From contig NC_045697.1 in NCBI RefSeq assembly GCF_009834535.1, positions 87,980,001 through 88,044,000 of the forward strand: a stretch of DNA of 64,000 nt, written 5' to 3'. This DNA is from Camelus ferus (lineage: Eukaryota). Positions within the stretch are counted from its first letter, which is position 1; the number at the start of each line of letters is the position of its first letter. Below, in pieces: positions 39,170 through 51,950 of this stretch. The notes under the pieces were generated by a model. It saw only the letters and a list, made by a program, of their open reading frames with translations. It did no database searches and was not told where the DNA came from. The translations under genes were made by a program, and so were the position numbers.

Positions 39170-39340
39170 TAAGAGTGAGGCAATACATTACCTCATTTAA
39201 TCCTCATTATTATCCCCCTTTTAGGAAATAGTTTTGGTGTAGTATAGCAACTTGATCAAGATCGCAGAGCTGGAAGATAGCAGACACAGGATTTGAACAG
39301 CTCCAAAGTCTGTGTTTTAATCTCTGTACTAGGTTGCCTC
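39170..39340 (-). mobile_element. MIR SINE
   Basis: CCTCATTTAATCCTCA...GCAACTTGATCAAGATCGCAGAGCTGGAAG...AGGATTTGAAC. Confidence 0.75.
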
Positions 39341-42300
39341 TCCTCTCACTGTTTACTGTCTCCACTGTACGCTGCTTATAATTATTTATAGCATGTCTAC
39401 TGACTGAACTACAGGATTCCTCCTATACCACCAAATGTCGAGCAGAATAAATAGATAATTTTATTACTGGTAATCTGTGGTAGTATTGATAGGTTTCTGT
39501 AATCTCTGTGAGAGTTTTCATGTATTTAACTGTGCTTTATAAACTTTAAGAGTTGTGGACAGAAGTGGATATTTGTGTGTTAAGTTATATTTTATTTTTA
39601 CTGACTTAAAATCAGAACATTTTAGAGATAAAAGGAAACTTTAGGGTCATTTAATATATTCACACATTGTATATATTTGTCAGCTAAAAAGTGGAAAACA
39701 TAAAAGGATTGTTTAAAGACATAGCTAATAGATAGTAAATCAAAGCAAGAATACTTGAATTTTCTATATCTAGGTTATCTTCTAATTATAATTTTAGAAA
39801 TATATTACATTCCTCAGAGTATTTTGGGCCTCAGTAATATATTGCTCCAAATCTTAATGTTAAAAAGTACTCTATTGTATCATCTTGTATGTACATTTAT
39901 TTTATTATACAACATCTGTAAGAAGAAAATAATTCAAAGCACTTACGCATCTTACTAAAATCTACTTCACACTTACCTTTTGGGATTTTTTTGTTGAATG
40001 TCACTGTATGAACGTGAAGGGAACTACTTGGTCATATGATACAAAAAATTAGAAATAGCTCATTTAGAATAAATTTTTAGATAGCTAAGATCAGGCTTGT
40101 TGTTCAGTTTAAGATGTGTCATACTGCCTTTAAAGTCCAGTTCCTGAAATTATATATTCCTAATTTCGTAATGTTTACCATGTGGCTAACTGATAAGAAA
40201 ACTATTCACACTTCCACTCAAGAGGTCAGCAACCTTCTATTACAAACCATCCCATTGCCACAGGTTGAGGGAAAGCCAAGCCTCCTGTCACTCTTCCAGG
40301 CCAGAATGCTCTAACCAAAGTAACTAATTCTTTCTTCAAGCTTTAAACTTTAGTCTGCTGTCCAATGAAAATCCATAAAAAATGTTTTCCTTCCAAAAAT
40401 ACCTGTCACAAGTATCAAATCATTCTGTTCATTTCCAGTGCTGGAATTCGGTTAATTTCCTATAGTATCGATATTTACTCTGCAGAAGGTAGAGGAAGAA
40501 GATGGTGCTTGCTAAGTGAAGAAACCCCAATGGTAGAGCATTTCCCAGTTGATTGCAGCAATCTCTAGGCTTCAGGTATTTAAAAGAAATGAATAGACTG
40601 CCAAATCGAAAGCCCAAGAAACGCATTTCTTCCACTTTTTTTTTTTCATTTAAAAACTACAAGGCATACTTGAAGGATTTCTCTGGGCTCAACACAAAAC
40701 CCAAGGGAAAATGCTGATACTGGAAATACTAGTTTTGGGTTTTTTCACCACATCGTACATTATTTGGCACAATCTTTTCATTATCCATCTTGCAACATAT
40801 CAAAAAACATTACATTTTTCTTTAATTCCAAGCCAACCATTTTGCTCTTATGGGACACCAGTCATATGAAGGATTTAGCTGTATTTTATTTATATGTTCA
40901 TTTATTTGGTTAAAATAAAAATTGAGAAGGGACTTCTGAGGTCTCTTTTCACAGCTGTGATTAGAGAAAAATGGAAATCCAAAGCAATAAAATTTGTAGA
41001 ACTGTAAATCACATTCCATTTTCAGAGTCTGAAAATTGCAGAGATTAAGAAGCTTGGCAAAGAGACATTCATTACTCTTTCACATGGACATTTGTTAGTT
41101 GGTCTACTTATGTTATCACAGAACTTGTGGGGGTGCCCTAATGAGTCACTCAGACAACTTTATGCTCACACATCACTTTGAGGAAGCAAAGGTTAACAAC
41201 AACAGGTGTTACTGGTCTGAGATATTGTGCAGACTGAAAATGCAATCCTATTTCTTTGGAAATCTTTGACTCACAAAAAAATATGTGAAAAACAGCCCCC
41301 AAATGGTTCTGTGCTCCAATTTGATTTTATTTTAGAATTGCTTATGTTACTAGGATTTATGAGTGTTGCTTCCCTGAAAGAATGGCGTATCTTTCAGCTC
41401 TCAGTGCTGTACTTTAATGGAAATAGTATGCTCTTACGGAATAAAAACTTCTCTGAAGCCCTGCCTAAGACTATTTCAAACCAGAACCTCTATATTGTGT
41501 CTGGAAAATCACTAACAGAGAAACAGACAGAAAAAGAGCAAATCTGTTTTTTAAATTTTCTTACTGAAACTTCCTGTGTGACTTTCTTGCTAGGATTTTT
41601 ATTCTTTGGTAGCTGTAGGATATCAGTGATTTGCATTTTGGAAAGTTATCCTGTGTGTTATTTATATACCATATCTCTGTTTCAGTTATGTGTTCAACAG
41701 CTGCATTCCACATAACCATTAAAGGAGCTGTCAAAAAGCAACACCTTTACAGATAAAGACCTATAAAACTGAAGTCAAAACTTAATTACCCAGTGAAAGC
41801 TGTCAGGTGGCTGATGTTTTGAAACAATCAATATTTCTAAATATTTGACATTCATAAGCGTACTATAATTTCATACAAAAGATGTACCTTTCAAATTAAA
41901 TTTAAGTTAGGTAATTAAGTATGGCTGATACTCCCTGGATACAACACTGGAGAGGCAGGGTAGAAGCCTTGGGTTGTACTGGGTGGTATAACATACAACA
42001 TGCTTCAGCTATAGATAATAGACAGATAATAGAGTGTTCCTCAAAGATTTTGTTCATTATCCCTTGGTTTAAAATACTCACATCAAATGTACATTATTTT
42101 TAGATCAAGGCAAATTCTGCTTGTTTGATACACTTACATCTATTTACCAAGACTCATAGAATCTTATGTGTGTTACAGATCTCCCTGATAATTACCCCAG
42201 TAAGTTATCAGCTATCTCTGTTCTTTCCAGGCATGAGAAACTCACCAACTCATAAACCTGAACAGTCCTGTGAAGAATAACTTAAACTCAGAACCTGCTC

Positions 42301-43224
42301 TCACAGCAGGTTACATTTATGATATACAAGTCTAAAGAATATTTATTCACAATCTTATAAATGTTAATAGTTAGTTGAATTAGGTATAGCTCTTTTTACA
42401 TTATAATATTCTGTAATTCTCGTATTTTATAGAACATCATATAAAATTTATAGTATTAAATAAGTCCAATAAGGTAATTTGTACAAAATTATAGAATTAT
42501 AGTTTAGAAATACAATTGTTTTCCTTTTGCCCCCATATAACATGATTACTATACTAATATACAATAGTACTTACTACAGGAGGGGCAATTCAGAGTAAAA
42601 TATACCATGTCACTATTCTGTTTTATAAATTATTTGTCTCCGGTTTTCTTACAGAATGATGTTTGATGTAGATTCTTATTATTTTCTGAATTTCATCTTA
42701 CCCTCACCAAACATTTTGCGAAGAAAGCTGGGAATTTTTGCTTCATGAAACTCCTTCCTTCCTCTTCTCTTTTTCTCTATTCCCAGCACCAGATAACCTT
42801 AATTTATCTTTGCTTTACTAAATAGATTCAAGGTTTCTCTTTCTCAGCTAGTAACTAATAACAACAACAACAACAACAATAATAATTATTATCATCATGA
42901 TGATTGAATGCATCCTGTATGTTAGTGTCTGTCATGTACTGGGAATCTAAGATACCTAAGTTTAATAAGTCAGAAACTTTCCCAAATTAATGCCCAGTAA
43001 ATCAGGGAATACACTTAACTGAGACAAAGGAAATAAGCACAGATTGCATTCTCCTTCAAACTGGAACAATGGTATTTCCTTTGTAACTTCCTTTTAGTTT
43101 GAAATTATTGAAGAAAATTGAAAGGGTGATATATAATTAAATGGTATAATATTTTAATGTTTAAATGAATATTGCCATGATTTTTCCTTTTTTGGTGAAA
43201 TAGTTGAGATATAGTATATGTTTT

Positions 43225-46075
43225 TAAAATATACAGTTTTAGGTGCTACATAGTAATTTGACATTTGCATGCATTATGAATTGTTCACCACAACAAGTCT
43301 AGTAACTATCTGTCCCATACAAAGTTATTGGAATATTATTGACTATATTCCTTATGCTGTATATTACATCCCCACGTCTTATTTATTTTATAACTGGAGG
43401 ATTATACTCCTAATCCCATCCACCTGTTTCATCCCCTAACTCTCCTCCCCTGTGGCAACCACGTATTTATTCTCTGTATATATGAGTCTATTTTTGTTTG
43501 GTTTTGCTTTGTTTTTTGGATTTCGCATATAAGTGAGATCATATAGTATTTGTCTTTCTCCATCTGACTTATTTCGCTTGGCATAATACCATATCAATCC
43601 ATCCAAGTTGTCACAAATGGCAAGATTTCATTTTTTAATGGCTGAGTAATGTTCCATTGTATACAAGCATGTCTGAAACTATTGGTTTGGTTCCAGTAAA
43701 AGCAAATATCTCAATAAAACAGGTCACACAGATTTTTTTGGTTTCCCAGTGCATATAAAAATTTATGTTTACTCTATACTGTAACATATTAAGTGTGCAA
43801 TATCATCATGTCTAAAAAGATACATACCCTAATTAAAAACATTTTATTGCTAAAATATACTGACCATCATCTGAGCCTTCAATGAGTCATAATTTTGCAA
43901 TAGTAACATCAGAGTTCACTGGTCACAGATCACCATAACAGACATAATAACAATAATGAAAAAGTTTCTAACATTGTAAGAATTACCAAAACGTGACACA
44001 GAGACACAAAGTAAGCAAATGTTGTTGGAAAAATGGTGGCTATAGACTTGCTTGACGTAGGCTTGACACAAACCTTCAATTTGTAAACAAACAAAAAAAA
44101 AAAACCCAAAAAACTCAACATTATCTGTGAAGTGAAGTAAAAGGAAGAGCAATAGAACAAGGTGTGCATGTGTATATTCCACCTCTTCTTTCTCCATTCA
44201 TCTATTGATGGATATTGAGGATGTCCTCAGGATGGATACTTTCTTATCTTGGCTATTGTAAATAATGCTGCATTAAATATTGATGTGCATGTATCTCTTC
44301 CAATTAGTGTTTTTTTTTTCTGATAAATACCCATAAGTGAAATTGATGGATCTTACGGCAATTCTATTTTTAATTTTTTGAGGAACCTCCACTGTTTTCC
44401 ATAGTGGCTGCACCAATTCATAATCCATCAACAGTGCACGAGAGTTTCCTTTACTACTTGCAAATATTTGTTATTTGTTATCTTTTTGATGATAGCTATT
44501 CTGACAAGTGTGAGGTGGTATGTCATTGTGGTTCTGATACACATTTCCCTGATCATTAATGATATGAAATATCTTTTCATGTATCTGTTGACCATCTGTA
44601 TGTCTCCTTTGGAATAATGTGTATTGGGTTCTCTGCACATTTTTAATTGGATTGTTTGGTTTTTTAATATTGAGTTGTGTGAGTTCTTTACATATTTTGG
44701 ATATTAACTGCTTAAGGGATAAGTCATTTGCAAATATCTTCTATTTAGTAGGCTGCTTTTTTGTATTGCTGGTAGTTTCCTTTGCTCTGCAAAAGCTTTT
44801 TAGTTTGATGCAGGTCTCATTTGTTTATTTTTGCTTTTGTTTCGTTTGCCTGAAGAAACAGTTCCAAAAAATATTGCTAACACCAATGTCAAAAAGTATA
44901 CTTCTTACGTTTTCTTTTAGGAGTTTTATTGTTTCAGGTCTTATATTTAAGTCTTCAATCCATTTGAGCTTATTTTTGTATATGGTGTGAGAAAGTAGTC
45001 TAGTTTGATTCTTTTGCACATAGCTGTTGAGTTTTCCCAACACCATTTATTGTAGAGGCTGTCTTTTCCCCACTGTATATTCTTGCCTCCTTTCTTATAG
45101 ATTAATTGATCATGTAAGTGTGGGTTTATCCTGAGCTCTCTACTCTGTTCCGTTGATCTATGTATCTGTTTTTGTGCTAGAACCATATGTTTTGATTACT
45201 GTAGCTTGGGGGTATAGTTTGAAATCAGGGACTGTGCTACCTCCAGCTTTGTTCTTTTTTCTCAAGATTGCTTTGGGATCTTTTGTGTTTCCATACAGAT
45301 ATTAAAATTATTTGTTCTAGCTATTTGAAAAATGCCACTGTTATTTTGATTGGGATTGTATTGACTATGTAGATTTCCTTGGATTGTATGATGATTTTAA
45401 CAGTATTAATTCTTTCAGTTTATGAGCATGGTATCTTTCCATTGTTTGCGTCATCTTCAAATTTCATCAGTGTCTTAACAGTTACATTCCTTCTATATGT
45501 ACTTTGTTGAGAATTTTAATCATAAATAGATACTGAATTTTGCAAAAGCTGTTTCTATATCTATTGAGGTGAGATATATGATTTTTATTCTTCAATTTGT
45601 TAATATAGTGCATCGCATAGATTAACTTTCAGGTATTGAACATCCCTTGGATAAATTGCATCCCTTGGTTAAATCCCCTTGATTATGTTTATGATCCTTT
45701 TAATGGATTATTGAATTTGGTTAGCTAATATTTCATTGAGGATTTTTGCATCTTCTTTTCAGTGATATTGGCCTGTAATTTTCCTTCTTTGTGGTATCTT
45801 TGTCTAGTTTTGGTATCAGGGTGATACAGGCCTCATAAAGTGAGTTTGGCAGTATTCCTTCCTCTTCATTTAAAAAAAAATAATTTGGAAAGGGTAGGTG
45901 TTAACTCTTCTTTTAAATAACTGTTGTTTTGTAGAATTCATGTGTGAAGGCTGTCTGGTCCTGGACTTTTGTTTGTTGAGAGTTTTTTAAATTACTGATT
46001 AAGCTTTATTTTATTGCTGATAATTGGTTTATTCTTTATATTTTCTGTTTCTTCCTGATTCAGTCTTGGGGCTAT
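43225..46075 (-). mobile_element. LINE-1 (L1MA/artiodactyl-type) 3' UTR and ORF2 3' part, interrupted by a Tigger element
   Basis: Minus-strand ORF2 relic peptides in the ORF track include [45 protein letters not shown] and TTMTYHLTLVRIAIIKK. Confidence 0.95.
43664..44170 (-). mobile_element. Internally deleted Tigger1 (Tigger1a_Art-like) DNA transposon nested in L1
   Basis: Both Tigger1 ends are present and joined. One end is CAAGCATG...TTTTTGGTTTCCCAGTGCATATAAAA...CATCTGAGCCTTCA. The other is TAGTAACATCA...TCACAGATCACCATAACAGA...CAAACCTTCAATTTGTAAA...AACAAGGTGTGCATG. A TA precedes it at 43662-43663. Confidence 0.9.
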
Positions 46076-46240
46076 GATTTCATTTATTGACATATATAAC
46101 ATACCTTAAGGGAAGCAGCTGCATAATTGTTTACTTTCTACAAGTCTAGAGAAAAGTATATGTATTCTGGTGAAAAAGAATTTTAACAGAAAGTTTTGCT
46201 TGAAGTGTAAGTGAAATTAAAATGTGATTGTTTTTTCATA

Positions 46241-46704
46241 TGTAGTGAGTTTTCATATTTAGTGGTTCCCCAAAAGATTTGTCCATGTATTAATCCCTGG
46301 AATGTTCCAGGAAAAAAATGTCATTGCATATGAGATTAATTTAAGGATCTTGAGCTGAGAAGATTATCCTGGTGGGCCCTAAATCTAATGGCAAGTGTCC
46401 TTATAAGAGAAAAGTAGAGGGAGATTTGTGACAGATAGAAAATAAAATGACACAAACAAAGGGAAGCTCTGTGAAGGCAAAGGCAGAGCAGTGAGTGATG
46501 TGGACACAGTTGTGGTACCAGCTGCTACCAGAAGATGGAAAAGGTGAAGAACAGATTCTCCCCTAGAACCTCCAAATGGAGTGCAGCCCTGATGACACCT
46601 TGATTTTGGACTTCTGGCCTCCAGGACTGTAAAATAATAAGTTTTTTGTTTTTTAGCTATCAATTTGTGGTAACTGATTACAGCAGTCACAGGAAACTAA
46701 TATA
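46241..46704 (+). mobile_element. MLT1C-type MaLR solo LTR
   Basis: TGTAGTGAG...CCCCAAAAGATTTGTCCATG...GATTCTCCCCTAGAACCTCCA...TTGATTTTGGACTTCTGGCCTCCAG...CAGGAAACTAATATA. Confidence 0.9.
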
Positions 46705-48553
46705 TCATATGAGCTCAATAATATAAGCATGTATTCATCAAACCCACTAATTACAAAGTCCGTGAGGGAAAGAACCACTGGGATTTTGTTGATTGCTGTA
46801 TCTTGCACAGCTAGCTTTGTGAGGCAGTGTATCTGTGAGGCAGGGTATCTAGGCACATGGCTGATTTAAAAAAAAAAAAAAGACTATATATTTCAATCTC
46901 CCTAGCTGCTGGATGTGCCCAAGGTACTGTTTTTTGTCATAGGGGTAAAAACACATGTGAAGTGGTAACTACAGGGCTGTGCCCTTGATAGGAGGGAGCA
47001 TCATAATGGATGATCAGGAGCCACCAACTCGTGTAAGAAGTGTATTTCTTTTGGTACAAGATGAAGTGAGATTGAGAACTGAGGTAATGCCTGGAAGAAC
47101 AAGAGCATCAAAGTGCGGTGCAACTCCTGAATGCCTGTGTAGGCTTTTCTATAAAAGACAGTTTAAAAAGTACCACTGCTTTTTTTTCATATTGGGGCAG
47201 GGAGGAATTCTGTCACAAAAAAACTTAGTTCTAACTAGTATACAATATAACTGGCTCATAATATTTGTTGAATGAATTGAATGAGTTTATAAAATTATTC
47301 AACATAAATATTTTGTATCAGGTGACAATTTATTGGCAAAAATGAGGGAACTTATTTACTTGAAATATTCATTGAATGAAATATTTTTGTACTCTCATTT
47401 ACCTGCACATCAAAAGATAAGAAATTATCTATTTATAAGAATTAAATGGAAGTACATACATTGTATTTATATTTTTCTACCTCCTAAATGTAAGCCTTGA
47501 AATATTTTATTGATTGCTTTTAAAGTATTCATTATAAATGCTTAAGAGCCAGGTACCAATCCTAATTCTTCATCTGTCATATTACTAGGTTGTACATTTT
47601 CACTGAAAAGAACTGTAATGATATCAATGCTTATCATTTCAACTCTAGAATTAAACTTTTCCTACATTAATTATCCATAAACCCATCTTGTCCTAGCGTA
47701 TTTGAAAAAGGAAGTACATTTGAAAGAAATTGCTTTAGATGATGTCTTATTGATGCATCTAAGTTAACTGTGACCTCCATAAAAATACTAATTCTCTGGA
47801 ATTTAATTTTTGTTTCCATACTCACATCTATATGCTGCTCAGTGAATGTCTGCTACATTGATTTGTATCTCTTGATGAACCCCTATAGAGATGTTTCTCA
47901 GCAGTATTGGGTAATTGTGCACATTCTGGAATTTAAGCAAATTCTGTATCCTGCAGTTAGTTCATCTTGTTGCCTTTATGGAATGGCGAGCTAACGTGTT
48001 CCTGATATATGATGTTTTACTCTAGATTTTCAAAGACCTATGAAAAATCTTCCTTTATAATTATCTATTGAGACAATTTTGTTCCTATGGATGCCAGGAG
48101 TAAGAGAGCTAACTGACACAGACTAGTGAAGTTTTTGTAGGAAGGGCCAGGACATAAATCATCAAGCAACTTTTCCCCCCTTTCTTGCCTTTATTTCTCC
48201 CTATGTAAGACTCACAATCATCTTCTCAAAAATTCAGATCAGTTTTCTCTCAGAAGAATTTCCCAATCTGTGCAAGTAGAGTAACCAGCTATCTTTTGTT
48301 TCACTACTGAACTTAGTAGTAGCACCATTTTTATAAATTTTACTTTTGTGTGGGAAGTTGAAAAAAGAACATTCATGGGATTTCTGATATATGGTAGTCT
48401 CTAGAATCTACTAATATTCCTGAACCCCCCCCCCCCAATCCTTTTAACAGAGTCCTTAGTTCCTGATGAGGCAAATATAGCCACAGTATAGTTTCTAAGT
48501 GCTGAAGGAATGAGGGAAATGGGAGCAGAGGTGCTTGAAGAGTGAAGATGAGG

Positions 48554-48699
48554 TGTGACGCAAAAAACCAAGGCTGCCCTGGCAGGTAGAATAGGTTGGC
48601 GTTGTATTTCGTGAACATGTTGGGATGTGACGCAAAAAACCAAGGCTGCCCTGGCAGGTAGAATAGGTTGGCGTTGTATTTCGTGAACATGTTGGGATG
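48554..48699. repeat. Perfect 72-bp tandem duplication (two identical copies plus TG)
   Basis: The unit TGTGACGCAAAAAACCAAGGCTGCCCTGGCAGGTAGAATAGGTTGGCGTTGTATTTCGTGAACATGTTGGGA occurs at 48554-48625 and 48626-48697. Confidence 0.97.
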
Positions 48700-50319
48700 G
48701 CCAATTTCTGAGCAAGATTGGGGGTTAACTTTATACAAATACTAAGCTACACACACACACACGCACACACAGACACACACACACACACTGATGGCTCGAA
48801 ATAATTGAATCTTCCTAGAAAAATTGCCCTGGATGGATTCACTCATTGAAGATAGGGTTCAGAAAAGAAGGAATCTCAACTTCTCCATCCAGGGCTTTTT
48901 AAAGAGGATAAAAATCATAATGCAGATTGAACACTTGCAGAACTTTAGAACCCTTTTGATCAGACTGGAGAGCATTACAGTGAGGCATGCACTTCTTTTG
49001 CTCTCTATATTGGTTGAAGTTACTAGGTAGATATTAAGAATGGCGTTACTTAAAGTGTGGCCTTGAATCTGTGATTTATTCATTTTTAGATCTTTTTTTC
49101 ACTTTTCCTGTATGCAATCAGTGTACTTGCCACTTTTTGAAATATATTAAGACAGTGTCCTTGTCTGATTTCAGCAATCTGTCTCACACAATTAGCTGTA
49201 ATTTTTATTTCCCATTATAAAGCCATGGATTACTTTTCCACTTCAGTCTTTAACTGAACTGGACATTAAAAACTGACTCTTGTTGAGCCACACAAAGCAG
49301 TGTTGAGAGTTATTTTGCAGCAAAGCACTGGTGATGTTGACTTTATTTATTACTCAGCCACCTTAATGTAAAATTCAGCATGGTCAGTTTCATAAAAATC
49401 AGGGCAAGAGCTGCAGACAGGCTGCTTGATTCACTCCTGACCACAAGAAATGGACATGCATTTTCAATTCCAACTAAGCATTTAACATCTGCGTGTTACG
49501 GCCTTTCCAAAAATCTGACAGAAATGTCATCAATGAAACTGAGAAGAAAATATTTCTGACAGACTTTTTCTTTGGCTTTCTTAGTATTCCATTTGCCAAA
49601 TTTATGAAGAAAAAAAATCTTGCTTTCCTGTACTTTCCAGATATTTACTTAAAAAAAATGAGGAAATCTGGGATCAGTGGGAGAAGATGGGATTGCAAAA
49701 TGAGCTGCTGTAATAATCAGAACTAAGGAATAACATATTCTTGGCTACTATTATCGCCTAGGGTACTGACTTGGCTCTGAAATAATAAGAGAAGTGGAGT
49801 GAAGCGTCTTTAACAATATCTAAAATTCTCTGAACTACTTGACAACTTAAAATGTCAAGTTTATATCTTTCAGGGCAAAAGTATAAGTAATAAATATATA
49901 TGTATTTTTAATTCAGGATACAGCATTGAAAAATTGTTTTTCATCTTAATGAGATGGACCTGGTCCTTCTTAAAAAGGAAACTCCGGTTTCCTGTTATAT
50001 ACTATGTCTAGGCTCTTAGGGTAAAAGTTATTTATTACCTTAACCACATAACCACATACCTGCATTACCCTATAGTCCCTGCCGTCAGGCAGCTGCCACA
50101 CAGCTATTAAGTTTCAGAGCTAGAATGTGAAACCAAGTCTTATTTAACTCCAGAGTCCTTCTGCATGATGAGTGCACTATTCTGATCCATAGGAAAAAGT
50201 GAAATGCATGTGCTGAGGTGTAACATATCCTCTGACACTCTTCCCACTCACCCACGCTCCTTTCAGTCCTTTCATTACACTGGAGCAAAGAGTAGGTGCA
50301 TCAGATTATTTCACCTTTC

Positions 50320-51950
50320 TGTTTATTCATATTGTTTATTATGAAAAATTCAACCATATCAAAAAAAAAGGAACAATTGTATAATTGTTCACAGGTAGAC
50401 AGCTTCCATATCTACCAACTCATGGTCAGTCTTCCCCCCAATATTATTCTGAAATGAATCACAAACAACATACTATTTAATCTATAAACATTTCAAGTTG
50501 TATCTCTAAAATAAAGAAATTAAAAATAACTATAATAATATTAATATTAGACCAAATAAATGAACATTATTTCCTTAATCTTGTCAGTGTTCAAATTCCC
50601 CTGATTGTTCTCATACTTTATTTTCAAAAGTTGATTTGTTTGAGACAGGATTCAAATAAGTTTCATATCTTCCTATTTTACTATTGGTTTATATGTCTTA
50701 AGACTCTTTTAATCTGAGGTTCCTTCTCATCTCGCATATTCTTAATCCTCAACCCCCATTTATTGTTGAAGAAACTGGATGAGACTCGTTCCAAAGCCTG
50801 ATTTTATTGCTTCCCCAAGTATTTCTTTGTTCCCACTATTTCCTGTAAATTGGTAGTAAGTGCTAAAAGGCTTGATCAGGTACAGATTTGACAAAACTAT
50901 TTTAGAGTTGCACTCATGTACTACAATCAGGAGTTATATAATATTTGATAGTCTCTCCTGTAGTGATGTTAACAGTCATTTATAATCACTGTTTGGACCA
51001 TTAACTCATTAACACTTGCAAACAGTGATACTCTAATTCTCTGGTTTTTCTTCATTTATCAAGTGGTGTGTGTGTGTATGGTGTCTTTATTACATAATAT
51101 GCATATTACCATCAGGAATTACATAATGTTTGACTGTCTTTCCTGTATTGTGTACATATAATGTATACACACACATATATATAGTCTGCCTTTTACTGTA
51201 ATATATTGGAGATCACTCATAGTATATAAAGATATTCCTTGTGATGTGATTCCTTAGTTTTATGTATCAACTTGACTGTGCTAAGGAACACCCAGATAGC
51301 TGGTAAAACATTATTTCTGGGTGTATTTGTGAGGGTCTTTCCAGGAGAAATTAGCATTTGAATCCATAGACTGAGTAACAAAGATCAGTCTCACCCCAAT
51401 GCAGTAGGTATGATCCAAACCCTTGGCCCAAATAGAACAAAAAGAAAGAGAAAAGGTGAGTTTTCTCTCTTTATTCAAGCCAAGATATCCATAATCTCCT
51501 GCCCTCAGACATCAGTGGCTCCATTTGGTTCTCAGGCCTTTGGACTTGAACCTAATTACACCATCAGCTTTCCTGGTTCTCTAGCTTGCTGATGACAGCA
51601 GGTCATGGCATTTCTTGGCCCCCATAATATCATGAGCCAATTACTACAGTCAATCTCCTCTTATGTGTATCTATATATATTCTATTGGCTCTGTTCTGGA
51701 GAACCCAAAATAACACATTCTTCATTTCTTTTTCTAGCTGCATAGTACTCCATTATACGGAAATACCACAGTTCACTCAATCAATGAACATTTTGGTTAT
51801 TTCCAGTCTTTAGCTATTTCAAATACTACAAAAAGTCAATAGCCTTGTGCTGTCAGTTCATTATATCCTGGCCAGTGTGTCTTTGGGGGTGATATTCTTA
51901 GAGGTGAGATTTCTAAGTCAAGGAATAAATGCACATGTTTGATAATCTGA
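50320..51950 (-). mobile_element. Old L1 (L1MC/L1MD-type) 3' UTR, interrupted by MLT2D
   Basis: TTTATTATGAAAAATTCAACCATA...TATTATTCTGAAATGAATC...GTGTTCAAATTCCCCTGATTG. It resumes at CTGCATAGTACTCCATT after the LTR. Confidence 0.7.
51245..51715 (+). mobile_element. MLT2C/D-type ERVL solo LTR
   Basis: TTTTATGTATCAACTTGACTG...CCCAGATAGCTGGTAAAACATTATTTCTGGGTGT...CTATTGGCTCTGTTCTGGAGAACCC. Confidence 0.9.

Noticed and set aside
41227..41715. 162-aa plus-strand ORF
   Set aside because: GTG start, composition typical of AT-rich noncoding DNA, no recognisable domain and no convincing splice sites.
44428..45186. Cluster of minus-strand ORFs as a host gene
   Set aside because: They are frameshifted LINE-1 ORF2 remnants, as are the ORFs at 54705-55313 and 63358-63732.
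48554..48699. CRISPR-like array, or homology to the SV40 72-bp enhancer repeat
   Set aside because: There are only two abutting copies with no spacers, in mammalian DNA. I see no similarity to SV40 beyond the length.
50920..51150. Diverged ~45-bp direct repeat (~50920-50965 and ~51105-51150)
   Set aside because: It lies inside an old L1 3' UTR and is probably intrinsic to the element or an old local duplication. I see no functional signal.
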